Source: Tubulanus polymorphus
Lineage: Eukaryota; Animalia; Nemertea
Direction of reading: 5' to 3'
Length of the DNA: 64,000 nucleotides
Assembly: GCF_964204645.1 (NCBI RefSeq)
Contig: NC_134028.1
Location: forward strand, 12,943,263 to 13,007,262
The notes beneath the pieces are model-generated. The model did no database searches, was not told where the DNA came from, and was given only the letters and a program-made list of their open reading frames with translations. The translations under genes were made by a program, and so were the position numbers. How positions within the stretch are numbered: position 1 is the stretch's first letter; each line of letters opens with the position of its first letter. Below, in pieces: positions 1-10,518 of this stretch.

Positions 1-271
1 ATAGAATAATTATTATTATTTGAATATATTTGATTATATGAATTTGTGTATTGTAAATAAATCAATTGGTCGCGGAGCGGTAGCGAAGTGGAGCGACCAA
101 TTGATATAATACAATATGCTTTTTAAATTATTGATATCTTAGAATAAATATTTAGTTATAATATAAAATACACACAAAATATATTATAGTTTTAAATTAC
201 TTTTAATGTTTTGTTTTTTAATGAGCTCGACCGTTCGACCTTTGGCTTGAAAGCCTATTATCCCTATTACT
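1..271. mobile_element. Terminus of another Polinton/Maverick-family element (body lies left of the window)
   Basis: 224-271 GAGCTCGACCGTTCGACCTTTGGCTTGAAAGCCTATTATCCCTATTACT is nearly identical to the right terminus of the element ending at 22486. The sequence after 271 (GTCGAG..., candidate TSD) is the repeat also seen at ~38100. Confidence 0.85.
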
Positions 272-1427
272 GTCGAGCTACTAGATACGGTGCGGGCTAT
301 GATCTAACAACTATTTAACTGACCAATTTTGACCAATACTGAGCTTAAAGTAATTTGTCTATTCTAGAAGCAACACAGTCGTGTTTTGTATCAAATAATT
401 CGAAATGGTGTGGGCTTTCATCTAACAACTATTCAACTGACCAAATCTTGACCACTACTGACCACATATTATAGCTATATTTATCTGTTTCGGAAACAAC
501 TTTATCAGTTGTATTCATCATTCGAACCCACAATTTTCCTTATCCTATGAATATGGAGACCCATCCTCGTATGAGAATGAATATAATGTGATTTCAATTA
601 AAGATGACACATGGCCTCATATCATTACGTTATGTTTTTTAACAGGTGGGCGAGAATATATTCTTATGTTTATGTTTCTCTGAATGTTGCTATATTTAAG
701 AGTTAAATAATTTCAGTCTACCAAACAAAGGATTTTTCTGTATATGTTTCGTGTCCTGTTTTTCCATAACCCTAGGACTGCATTTTAGGTATTTTTCGCG
801 GATGACCGAAAGCTGCTGTCCCTTTCTAGTAATTTGATGATATCTGTCGAAATCTAAATTTTAAAAAAGAATCAGGCATATCTCCTTGTTTGACTAAGTA
901 TGAACTCAACTTTAAGGGACACTCCCTTAAAGGCGCCGAAGTAAAATCATGTGTCGAGTGGAGATGATATTGTGTCAGAAACTAGTGTCAACCAGATGTG
1001 TTCCCATTAAACGAACCGACCGCGAGCCGAGTCGATGTGAGATGTGGCCTACACTGAAAATCTCAAGCGCTACCACTGGTTTTTAGGTGCCTCTGAATGT
1101 CGGCCGTTAAAAATCTAAACAATTGCCATTTGGAAAGGACCTAGTTAGAGAAAATGCTAGATGTGTATATCGTGTGATACAGGCTCCATATTTCAGGTGC
1201 GTTTGGAATTTAACCTTGTTTATAACGAAACACACGTGTTCTTATCTATTTTAGAAGAGCGCATGATAGTGCAATAAAGAACTGACAATGAAAAAGGGGT
1301 GACAGGTGACAGATATCACACCGAATTTCAATTCCTATGAACACTTTTCATATAGTGAATTCTATACAAGAGTTTAAAAAAAACTTGAAATATTAACGAA
1401 ACAGTTTTTTGACGGACAAATCGTTAC
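272..1427 (-). repeat. Internally deleted, inverted copy of the non-autonomous element found at ~32835-38652
   Basis: Reverse-complement matches: 272-495 to ~37895-38114, 499-980 to ~34643-35120, 998-1427 to ~34082-34500. Confidence 0.85.
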
Positions 1428-1437
1428 CCTCAAATTT

Positions 1438-2050
1438 ACCTCCAATTTGTAATGTATGTGATGTATAAACTGACTTTAGACCGTTTAATATCGATGATAA
1501 CAAGGTATCACCGACGCTGACATTTTCTGACGCTAACTATTATGACCCGGACCGATTCAATTCAATTAAGAAAACGCGTTCCGATACAGTAAATAAACAT
1601 ACCGCTGTTGATTTTTCGAAGTATTGATATCCACGAACAAAACTATACTATTATAGAATGTTTTAAAGGAACTGCTTTTAATAACAGCATGAATAAACTT
1701 ACTTCACAAACAAGGAAGTACATTTTTAAGTTGTGAACGGTCGAACACCAGTTATTCACAGTAACCTGTGATTTGGATATTCTCGGAGCATTCCTTCTTT
1801 ATTTATTTATGAAATGACGTCACAAACTTTCAGATTCGCGCCAGTATGCGCGCCATGATTGATGATTGCTACTTCCACGGGTGTAATCTTTAAGTAACTT
1901 CAAGTTTAAAATAGGAAGCACAGTACATCCATAGAAACTACGCGCAGAAATTATTATCAGAGTTTAACATTTCGTTTCAAAGTTATTAGTAGTCAAATCT
2001 AATAGAAAATGATTTTTATGTGACGAAACTCAGTGGAAAATATGTTTAAA
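1438..2050 (+). repeat. ~620-bp dispersed repeat, copy 1
   Basis: Direct repeat of 24976-25616, starting ACCTCCAATTTGTAATG; high identity with small indels. Confidence 0.85.
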
Positions 2051-2214
2051 ATATAGCTGCAAGCAGCGATAACGGGTTTCTGCCTTTCTGGATAGAATGT
2101 CGTTCAGGGATGCGAGCAAAGATTTCACACGAAATCAGTTCGTCACATGCCGTTTTTTGAAAGAGTGCCACCTAGGGGTCAACTCACAACATGGATATGT
2201 TCACCCACATGTGC

Positions 2215-5177
2215 TTCAATTCAATTCAATTCAATTCAATAGATTTATTTGCATAGAATACAATATGTAAACATATATACAATCTACACAGGCCAAGCAA
2301 AGCCAGAAAGGCCGCTTAACGCTAGCACCCATACAAAAAATCAAACAAAGTACCGTAACAAAAATATACACAAATTATACAAATATGATTAACAATTGAC
2401 TCAGCAGAATGTGGATGCGTAATTATTATGTGATTGATTGTTAATTATACAGTTTGGGGATTCAATAATCTTAAATAACAGTTATAGCAGTTAATATTAT
2501 TGCAAACAGTTAGGTTACTATGAGTGGAGATGAGATAGGTTTTTAACATACATTTAACGGATGATTTACTTAGAAGGTCGATAACGTTACTAATTGGTAA
2601 TGTTCTCCATATATTAGCAAGATATTCTTTCGGTGATTTTGTTTCTTTAAAATGTGGGTTTGTAAGTGAAGAATAGTTGTGGTCGAGGTGAATGCTTTTA
2701 ATGATTAGATAATTTTTTGAGAGAAGATCTGCAGTAAAAAAGTTTTTGAAGTATTTTGGAGGGTTGTTTTTGAGTGTGTCATAGATGAAAAGAGTGGCTT
2801 TAAGTGTGTAGAGATCATTTATTTTGAGAAGATTAAGTTGTTTGAAGAGTGGTTCAGAGTGGGCAGAAAAGTTAGACTTAGTAATAATTCGAGTTATTTG
2901 TTTTTGAAGTAAAAGACATTTTTGCGTGTGTGGTGAGTGACCCCATGATAATATACCATAGTTTAAGTGAGGAAGGACAAGTGCATTATAGATGAGGATG
3001 AGGTGATTTTGATCTAGAATTTGACTGCATTTATAGATGATACCCAGGCCTTGTGAAATTCGTTTGTGAACTTTTTCTGTGTGGGGTTTCCAGTTAAGGT
3101 TTTCTTGTGAAATAATGCCTAGAAAATTAATGTGATCTACTCTACTTATCTCTTTACCTTTAATAAACAGTTTTAGGGGATTTCTCAATGCATTACTAAT
3201 GAAAGGCTTACGTTGACTAGAGTGGAATAGGATAAATTTGGTTTTTTCCATGTTGAGAGATAGTATATTAGCAAGTAACCAATCGTGAAGAGAGTCTAAA
3301 TCCTTATTAACTTTTGTTAGAAGAGAATTTATGTCCCTGTCATACGCCAACCCTGTAGTGTCGTCCGCGAAAAGAACTAAGTCTAAGTTAGGTGTTGAAA
3401 TGTACAAGTCATTGATATAGACAAGGAATAATAATGGCCCGAGGATAGAACCTTGAGGTACTCCACAAGAAATCTCAAGAACAGATGATTTAACAGATTG
3501 AAAAGAAACATATTGGTGTCTGTTTGATAAAAAGGAGGACAACCAATTAAGAGCAGTTCCTCGTATACCGTAGTGCTGAAGCTTATGAATAAGAATATCA
3601 TGGTTGAGCGTGTCAAAAGCTTTAGAAAGATCATGAAAGATTCCAATTGACCAGTATTTGTTGTTGATAGCTGTGGATATACGCTCAGTTAATTCCATAA
3701 TCGCATGTTCAGTTGAGTGGCCCTTTCGGAAACCATATTGAGATGAGGAAAGCTTGTTGTCTAAGTAGCTAATTAATCTATTATGCATGAGCTTTTCATA
3801 AAACTTTGACAGAGAGTTTAATAAAGATATTGGTCTATAGTTTTCTAAGCTCGATTTATCCCCTGTTTTGTGAAGTGGAATTATTTTTGATATTTTGAGA
3901 GAGTTAGGAAATATACCTAATTTAAATGATTGGTTTATAAGATTAGTTAGCGGGGAAGAAATTAGTTAGATAATTTGTTGTAGCAGAAATGTGGATAGCG
4001 AGTCATCGCCGTAACTGTGTTTCGATTTAAGACTGTTTACCGTGCGAATAACTTCCAATTCTGTGACTGGCGTGAGAAAAAAATTAGTATTGTACCTAGG
4101 TGTACGATTTAGATAGTCAATGTATGACTGCGTTGGAGTAGGTAATTTTCTGGCAAGATTTGGCCCTATGTTGTTGTACTGTTTGTTGAATGAGTTAGCG
4201 ATTAAATGAGGGTCCGAGGTTTCTTCATTGTTAATGTTGAAGGTGTGGATAATGTCAGACTTATTGTTAGTTTTACCGATGATAGTTTTGAGAATGTTCC
4301 AGGTTTTTTTAACATTCCCATTGGAAAGAGATAGTGCTTTTTGAAAGTGAAGTTTCTTCGAAAGTTTAATTATCTCATTAAGTTTGTTGCGATATTTTTT
4401 AAAGAGAAAGAGTTCGACTTGATTGGCAATTTCATTTTTTAGGGAGAGTAGATGTTTATATTTCTTATCACGATTATGCGTAGATTGTATGATACCCCTG
4501 GTTATCCACGGTTTTTTTGCCATTCTAAATTCTAAATGGAATTTCTTTTTGGTGGATGATGCATTGGAAATTTGACGGCAAATTTCTGAGGAGAAATTGT
4601 CGAAGTTAGTGTTTACTGTTAGAGATTCATCGAAGGAGGTAAGGATATCGGAGTCTAAAATGTTGTCGTGAATCTTTTTGATGGCAGATTTATCTAAGAA
4701 GTTGTTGGAAAAAGAGAATTAACTGTTTGGTGCTTCTGTTATAGTCGTATTGCAGGTGAAAGTAAGAAAATGGTCGGAAAGCGGAGACGTGACTATACCA
4801 GAAGAGTATTTGTGTGAGCGGTTTGTGAAGATGTTGTCTATTAATGTAGCGCTTTTGTGTGTAACTCTCGTTGGAAGAGTGATAAGGGGTTTGAAAGAAT
4901 TCCAACCATCAATTCAAAGAATCGGGAACTATAGTTTTCATCGTTACACCTAAGAAGATCTATATTGAAGTCACCGCAGATAACTATTTCCTGATTTTTG
5001 TTTTTTAATTTTGCGAGAGTTTGTTTAAATTTAGTAATGAAGTCGGATATGTTGCTATTCGGGGGTCTATACACTGAGCCAATGATCTTATAATCTTTTC
5101 TAAATGTACTTCTCCAAACTTTCACAAATTTCCACTGGAAGATATCATCCTTGCAAGACGTTAAATCATTCATTATA
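2215..5177 (-). mobile_element. L2/CR1-group LINE, 3' portion (rest of APE domain, RT, 3' UTR, (ATTGA)n tail)
   Basis: RT and APE motifs on the minus strand; AATAAA (2244-2249) followed by an (ATTGA)5 tail (2215-2240). The reading frame joins 22487+ once the Polinton and one TSD copy are removed (..RNLQYSI|MNDLTSCK..). Confidence 0.9.
2445..3788 (-). pseudogene. LINE ORF2 reverse transcriptase domain (open fragment of a disrupted ORF2)
   Basis: QYGFRKGHST, DLSKAFDT, GVPQGSILGPLLF and FADD motifs; upstream ORF2 parts (3966-4523, 4841-5177 with YRPP and ICGDFNIDLL) are separated by stops or frameshifts. Confidence 0.9.
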
Positions 5178-5615
5178 AGTAATAGGGATAATGGGCTTTC
5201 AGGCCAAAGGTCGAACGGTCGAGCTCGTAAAAAATGAAAAACATAAAAATAATAACAATTTCTACTTGAATTACTCGCGAAACTCATAAAAATGAAAAAT
5301 AAATTCTCACACGCTCGAATTTATTTTTCATTTTCATGAGTTTCACTCCTAATTCAAGTAGAAATTGTTATTATTTTTATGTTTTTCATTTTTACTCACC
5401 CGCCCGTTCAACCTTTAGCTTGAAAGCCCATTATCCCTATTACTCTTAAAATATTCATATATATATGAATAACATTTAAATCATTGAACTTCTAAAATCA
5501 ATTTTAATAAAAAATATAGTATTAAAATGGAAGCAAATAAATACTACTGCCCAACATGTAATATCGATATAGATAAGTCTCAAAAAGCAAGACATAATAA
5601 AACTAAAACACATTT
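5178..5615 (+). repeat. Left TIR of P1; 5178-5444 is itself a 267-bp imperfect palindrome
   Basis: Reverse complement of 22047-22486. Begins AGTAATAGGGATAATGGGCTTTCA, and 5421-5444 is its reverse complement TGAAAGCCCATTATCCCTATTACT. Confidence 0.95.
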
Positions 5616-5700
5616 GTTTTTAGTCCAGTTGGTTAAAGCAAAAACATTTATCGAATTAAGGAACTCAACATATAGTGAAAAATACGTTGAATCGTTATAA
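5527..5700 (+). CDS. 57-aa mini-ORF whose first ~30 residues duplicate the PolB N-terminal zinc finger
   Basis: Manual translation MEANKYYCPTCNIDIDKSQKARHNKTKTHLFLVQLVKAKTFIELRNSTYSEKYVESL*; same upstream promoter as polB because the TIR includes it. Confidence 0.45.
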   Translation: MEANKYYCPTCNIDIDKSQKARHNKTKTHLFLVQLVKAKTFIELRNSTYSEKYVESL

Positions 5701-5835
5701 ACGCCTGATAATACTCAGCTATATAGTTGGTTGTATTAGCTCTAGTAAACATATGTTACCAGCTTATATTTCAATTGTAAAGAGTTAATTAATTTCATTG
5801 ATCTAAATGCTTTTATTATTGATTTTTTTTCAACT

Positions 5836-6061
5836 TCAACGCGTTGTGTATACGGCGAACGTTAGCGAATCACAAATCTCATAATTTACAAGTCTCAACG
5901 TGTTGTGTATTATACATCATACGGTGGATGTTAGCGAATCACAAATCTCATAATTTACAAGTCTCAACGCGCTTTTTAGATGTTTCTGGACAACTAAGCT
6001 CTAACCAATCAAAAGTCTTATAATTCGCAAGTCTCAACACGCTTGTTCTAGATGTTTCTGG
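5836..6061 (+). repeat. Short imperfect tandem repeats in the P1 left non-coding region
   Basis: GTTAGCGAATCACAAATCTCATAATTTACAAGTCTCAACG occurs twice; CAAGTCTCAAC three times; TAGATGTTTCTGGA twice. Confidence 0.75.
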
Positions 6062-6760
6062 ATATAGAATAGTATAAATAGGCGCGCACATCAGACGCTT
6101 AACATAGCTATAGAATAAATCTATAAATTCACAGCTGTTACAGCTGCCGAGATATTATGAATCATAATCAGAAACGTGTAGAATATTCTAGAAAGGCGCG
6201 CCGGAACTAGATGACGTGGTATAATCAACGATCTAGAAATCACCCCGGAAATGGATATACGCTGTAATATTGTGCTCGGGATATTCTATCTTTCGAAACG
6301 AAATAAGGAGTTTATAGTTTACAATTATAAATCTAAATGTAAGTACTGTTTGTTGTAGTTATTAAGGCTATTAAATATGAAACCTTTAGATATATTTAAG
6401 CGTATTTAGTATATCTTTTAGATAGCTAGAGTTACCGCTAATATCTTTTAGATTAATAAAACGTCATACACATCAAGAAGCGATAGAGAAACTCAAGATA
6501 CTCTTTCTGACTGAGGAATCAACAGCAATGGATATCAAACCAATAGAATCACCAAAAGAAGAAACTATATAAGAATTTCAAAAACATTGAGACTCCAATG
6601 ATTAAGTTTAACATTTGTTAATGTAGTTAAATATTTACCAGCAATTGAAAAAATGTTTGTAATTATAAATTGTATTTATAGAAATCAAATGATGTATTAG
6701 AAGAAATGACTGAACAACTTGTATAATGTATTGTGTAAATCTGATTTGTGAATTTTTATG

Positions 6761-7325
6761 TTCAGTCGTTTCTATTATGTTTAACACATACGCATTAAGC
6801 AAAACCGGCCATAAATGGCCGCATGTAACACATGTAACGCATGTGACGCAGACATGAATGCGTTTGAATTTTCTATGTTCAGTTGTTTCTATTTTACAGA
6901 ATTTATAGAATGAATATATAATTATGATTAACACATATACATTAAGCAAAACCGGCCACAAATGGCCGCATGTGACACATGTAACGCATGCAACGCATAT
7001 GTTGTTTCTATTTTACAGAATTTATAGAATGAATATATAATTATGATTAACACATGTGCATTAAGCAAAACCGGCCATAAATGGCCGCATGTGATACATG
7101 TAACACATGTGTTGTTTCTATTTTATAGAATTTATAGAATGAATATATAATTATGATTAGCGCATGCGCATTAAGCAAAAACGCTCCAATAAGAGCGGTT
7201 TTGCCTAATGCGAACACGTTTTGATATTTCATGTCGGTCGTTTCTATTTTACAGAATTTATTGAATGAATATATAATTATGTTTAACGCATGCGCATTAA
7301 GCAAAACCGGCCATAAATGGCCGGC
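6761..7325 (+). repeat. Five ~110-150-bp tandem units containing palindromes
   Basis: Recurring GTTTCTATTTTACAGAATTTATAGAATGAATATATAATTATG...CATTAAGCAAAACCGGCCATAAATGGCCG. Confidence 0.9.
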
Positions 7326-7470
7326 CGCTTGTATGATTTTGATATCAAGGAATCGAAATGATTTATCAACTACGGCGGCGAGGAATGAAAAAGAACAAGG
7401 AATGGAAAAGAGCAGCACATAGATTTCAAACAAAAATAAATACAATTTTAGTAAAAAATATGTAATATAA

Positions 7471-8145
7471 ATGGAACCAGAACAACCACAAACTATCAAT
7501 ATTACAAATAACACTGGTGTTATAAACATATATTACAAGAAATGTTCTAAATGTGAATTAGATAAATCATTAACAGAATTTAGTAAGCGTAAGATTAGCA
7601 AAGATGGTTTTCAATATTGTTGTAAAACTTGTACTAAACTATACACCAAACAATATCGAGAAGATAATATAAAACATTATAATTATTATATGACAAAATA
7701 TATGAGAGAAAGATATCAAACAGATCTTAATTTTAGATTGAAACAATGCTTAAGGTCTAGATTAACACAATTATTCAACAAAGAAACGCATTCAGAAACA
7801 CTATCTAATTTATTGGGTTGTTCAGATGAATTTCTCAAATCATGGATTATATTTCAATTCGATGATAAAATGAATATAGATAATTATGGGGATTATTACC
7901 ACATTGATCACGTGTTACCAATATCTAAATTTAACATGAATGATGAATACAATAAAAAACTTATTTGGGGTTGGAAAAATTTAAGACCTTTAGAAAAGAA
8001 AGAAAATCAAACCAAATCTAATAAACTAGATTTACAATTATATTTGGAACAGTTGAATAAAGCAAGGAAATTTATTGATTGGTGGAATAGTAACCCACAG
8101 AATGAACAATATGTTGAGGAATTTGATATCAAGGATCCGAAATGA
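7471..8145 (+). CDS. HNH-family endonuclease with N-terminal Cys zinc site (giant-virus type)
   Basis: CSKC...CCKTC; YHIDHVLP...WKNLRPLEKKENQTKSNK HNH motif. A decayed homolog lies at 50554-51100. Confidence 0.8.
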   Translation: MEPEQPQTINITNNTGVINIYYKKCSKCELDKSLTEFSKRKISKDGFQYCCKTCTKLYTKQYREDNIKHYNYYMTKYMRERYQTDLNFRLKQCLRSRLTQLFNKETHSETLSNLLGCSDEFLKSWIIFQFDDKMNIDNYGDYYHIDHVLPISKFNMNDEYNKKLIWGWKNLRPLEKKENQTKSNKLDLQLYLEQLNKARKFIDWWNSNPQNEQYVEEFDIKDPK

Positions 8146-8447
8146 CTTATCTGGACAGTTATAGTTACTGCTCCTAATAGATAGACAATAGTAGTGAGAT
8201 ATCAAATAGAATTCAAATAAAATATATTAAAAAAACAATAACTTCAACTGCTAGTGAATTCTGTTATATTTTTAATATTTTCTTTTCAAAAAGAGAATAC
8301 TTTATATTTTGAATAGATTCAAATAGAAATTCTTTAAATTCAAATAGCTAGTATCAGTAGTCAATACTAGAATTCTTTAACTTTAACTATCTAGTATCAT
8401 TTGAAGAATACTTATAATATTTTTTTTGCTTTTTTTCTCTAATATAA

Positions 8448-9050
8448 ATGTCAAAGAAATCTAATAAGAATAGTATTGATATTGAAAAAACATTAGATGA
8501 TTTGGGTATAAGTGATAATAAAGATACAGTTGCAACTAATTGTGCTCAAGTTAATAACAATATAGATTATGAATACTATTTATATTGTAAGCATCATCTT
8601 GAATTATTAATTGCTGGCGGGAAATCTAAGGACTTCTTAGGAAAAATAATAACTTTTCAAGAACTAGACTCTATGAAACCCGATAAAGTAATAAAATATT
8701 TTAAGATTTATGGAGAGTCAAGATTAGCTAGAATAAACGACTCTATAAGTGATGGTATTGTCAAATGTTATTCTAAGTTATGTAACCAGTTAATACCAAT
8801 TGATGATGAAAATAAATTATATAATGATTTGAAAAATGATTATTTAGTTATGACTGAATTACAAAAATGGGTTGGATACGCTTCATTTCAATTAGGATCG
8901 GTTATGACATTGATTTCTACTGGAGTTATAACATTTTCGAACATCAAACCTATGGAATATAAATCAGGTAAGAACGAAACAGATGTACTACAACAAAACA
9001 TCGAAACAGAAAATGAATCAGAACAAAAATTAACTAAAATAAATGAGTGA
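8448..9050 (+). CDS. Conserved Polinton hypothetical protein (200 aa)
   Basis: Long ORF in very AT-rich DNA, TAAATG start context, homolog at 51356-51860. Confidence 0.75.
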   Translation: MSKKSNKNSIDIEKTLDDLGISDNKDTVATNCAQVNNNIDYEYYLYCKHHLELLIAGGKSKDFLGKIITFQELDSMKPDKVIKYFKIYGESRLARINDSISDGIVKCYSKLCNQLIPIDDENKLYNDLKNDYLVMTELQKWVGYASFQLGSVMTLISTGVITFSNIKPMEYKSGKNETDVLQQNIETENESEQKLTKINE

Positions 9051-9426
9051 TGGAGTTAAGAAAAAAGCTAGATCCGAGAAACAAATTAAATGGGCAAGAG
9101 AATTAGGTAAAAGATCATCAGAATTAAAAAAAGCTAAGAAAAAGAAATTAACTGATATAAATGAATCACAGAAATTATCTGATGATGCCGTACGGCACCC
9201 ACACGGTGGTATTGATTCAAATAATAATCCATCTAATTCTTCTAATAGTGGAAGAAATAATTACTTATATATTACAATTGGGTTAATCACAATTATTATA
9301 TTATCCGGTGTAATATATAAATCAAAATTCAAATCCGATGATAAAGATGATTCTAATGATAATAAACCCATCATACCAGAAAATAAATCAAATGAAAATA
9401 AATCTAAAATATTATTAATGGATTAA
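9043..9426 (+). CDS. Small protein with basic N-terminus and one predicted transmembrane helix
   Basis: Lys/Arg-rich start; hydrophobic YLYITIGLITIIILSGVIY; homolog at ~51875-52237. Confidence 0.7.
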   Translation: MSDGVKKKARSEKQIKWARELGKRSSELKKAKKKKLTDINESQKLSDDAVRHPHGGIDSNNNPSNSSNSGRNNYLYITIGLITIIILSGVIYKSKFKSDDKDDSNDNKPIIPENKSNENKSKILLMD

Positions 9427-9429
9427 AAT

Positions 9430-10518
9430 ATGATGAAAAAAGAACAATATTTAAGAGAGTTATATTATAACCCAGAAAGTGAAGTATCATATTCAAGTGT
9501 TTCGGAATTATGGGATAAAATTAAATCTGATAAAGAAAAAATAAAATATAGTGAATTAAAATCATGGTTACAAAATCAACCCACATATCAAATTCATAAA
9601 AAGATGGATAAAAAATATTTAACAAGAAAAGTTATGGTTTCATATATCGATCAACAATGGCAAGCAGATTTAATTGACATGAAAAACTTAGAAGAATATA
9701 ACAAAGGATATTTCTGGATATTAAATGTTATAGACATATTCAGTAGATACGCATGGAGTATCCCGATTAAAAATAAAACTGGTATAGAAGTTACAAATGC
9801 TTTTAAATCTATATTTAAAGAAGCTATTCCAGATAAAATACAATTTGATGAAGGTAAGGAATTTTATAACAAACATTTTAAAAAACTATTAACTGATAAC
9901 GATGTAGAATATTTTTCAACACATTCAGATAAAAAAGCATCTGTTATAGAAAGATTTAATAAAACATTGAAAACTAGAATGTGGAAATATTTTACTGCTA
10001 ATGAAACATATAAATATATCGATGTGTTAGATGATTTAGTTAAAGGTTATAATAATTCTAAACATAGTTCTATAAATATGAAACCTATACAAGCTAGAAA
10101 AGAAGAAAATTCAGAAATAGTTTGGAATAATTTATATGGAGCATTTGTTACACATGATTTTGGAGAACCTAAATTTAAAATAGGACAACATGTTAGAATT
10201 TCTAAATATCGAAAAACATTTTATAAAGGTTATACCCCAAATTTTACAGAAGAAATATTTAAAATTAAAAAGATAATATTAACTAAACCATTTGTTTATA
10301 AATTGTTTGATTTAAAAGCTGAAGAAATATTAGGTTATTTTTATGAACAAGAATTATCATTAGTACCAAATCCAGATGAAATAGAATACAAAATAGAAAA
10401 AGTATTGAAAACAAAAACTCTTAAAGGAAAAAAGTATTCTTTGGTGAAATATAAAGGATATGATGATAAATTTAATGAATGGATTTTATCTAGTAAAATT
10501 AAAAGAATAAATGAATAA
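9430..10518 (+). CDS. int: Retroviral-like (rve) DDE integrase with C-terminal chromodomain
   Basis: WQADLID, VIDIFSRYAW, IQFDEGKEF, KASVIERFNKTLK; C-terminal YKIEKVLK...LVKYKGYDDKFNEWI. Confidence 0.95.
   Translation: MMKKEQYLRELYYNPESEVSYSSVSELWDKIKSDKEKIKYSELKSWLQNQPTYQIHKKMDKKYLTRKVMVSYIDQQWQADLIDMKNLEEYNKGYFWILNVIDIFSRYAWSIPIKNKTGIEVTNAFKSIFKEAIPDKIQFDEGKEFYNKHFKKLLTDNDVEYFSTHSDKKASVIERFNKTLKTRMWKYFTANETYKYIDVLDDLVKGYNNSKHSSINMKPIQARKEENSEIVWNNLYGAFVTHDFGEPKFKIGQHVRISKYRKTFYKGYTPNFTEEIFKIKKIILTKPFVYKLFDLKAEEILGYFYEQELSLVPNPDEIEYKIEKVLKTKTLKGKKYSLVKYKGYDDKFNEWILSSKIKRINE

Noticed and set aside
4841-5287. 148-aa ORF (and 22375-22596) as real genes
   Set aside because: Chimeric read-through between Polinton TIR and LINE APE sequence across the insertion junctions.
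6761-7325. CRISPR-like array (constant blocks with variable intervals)
   Set aside because: Units are over 100 bp, the intervals are related CATGT repeats rather than unique spacers, there are no cas genes, and the context is eukaryotic.
6635-7529. ORFs 6635-6961, 7047-7529 and 7231-7422
   Set aside because: Translations of the tandem array or antisense to the HNH gene; no independent coding signal.
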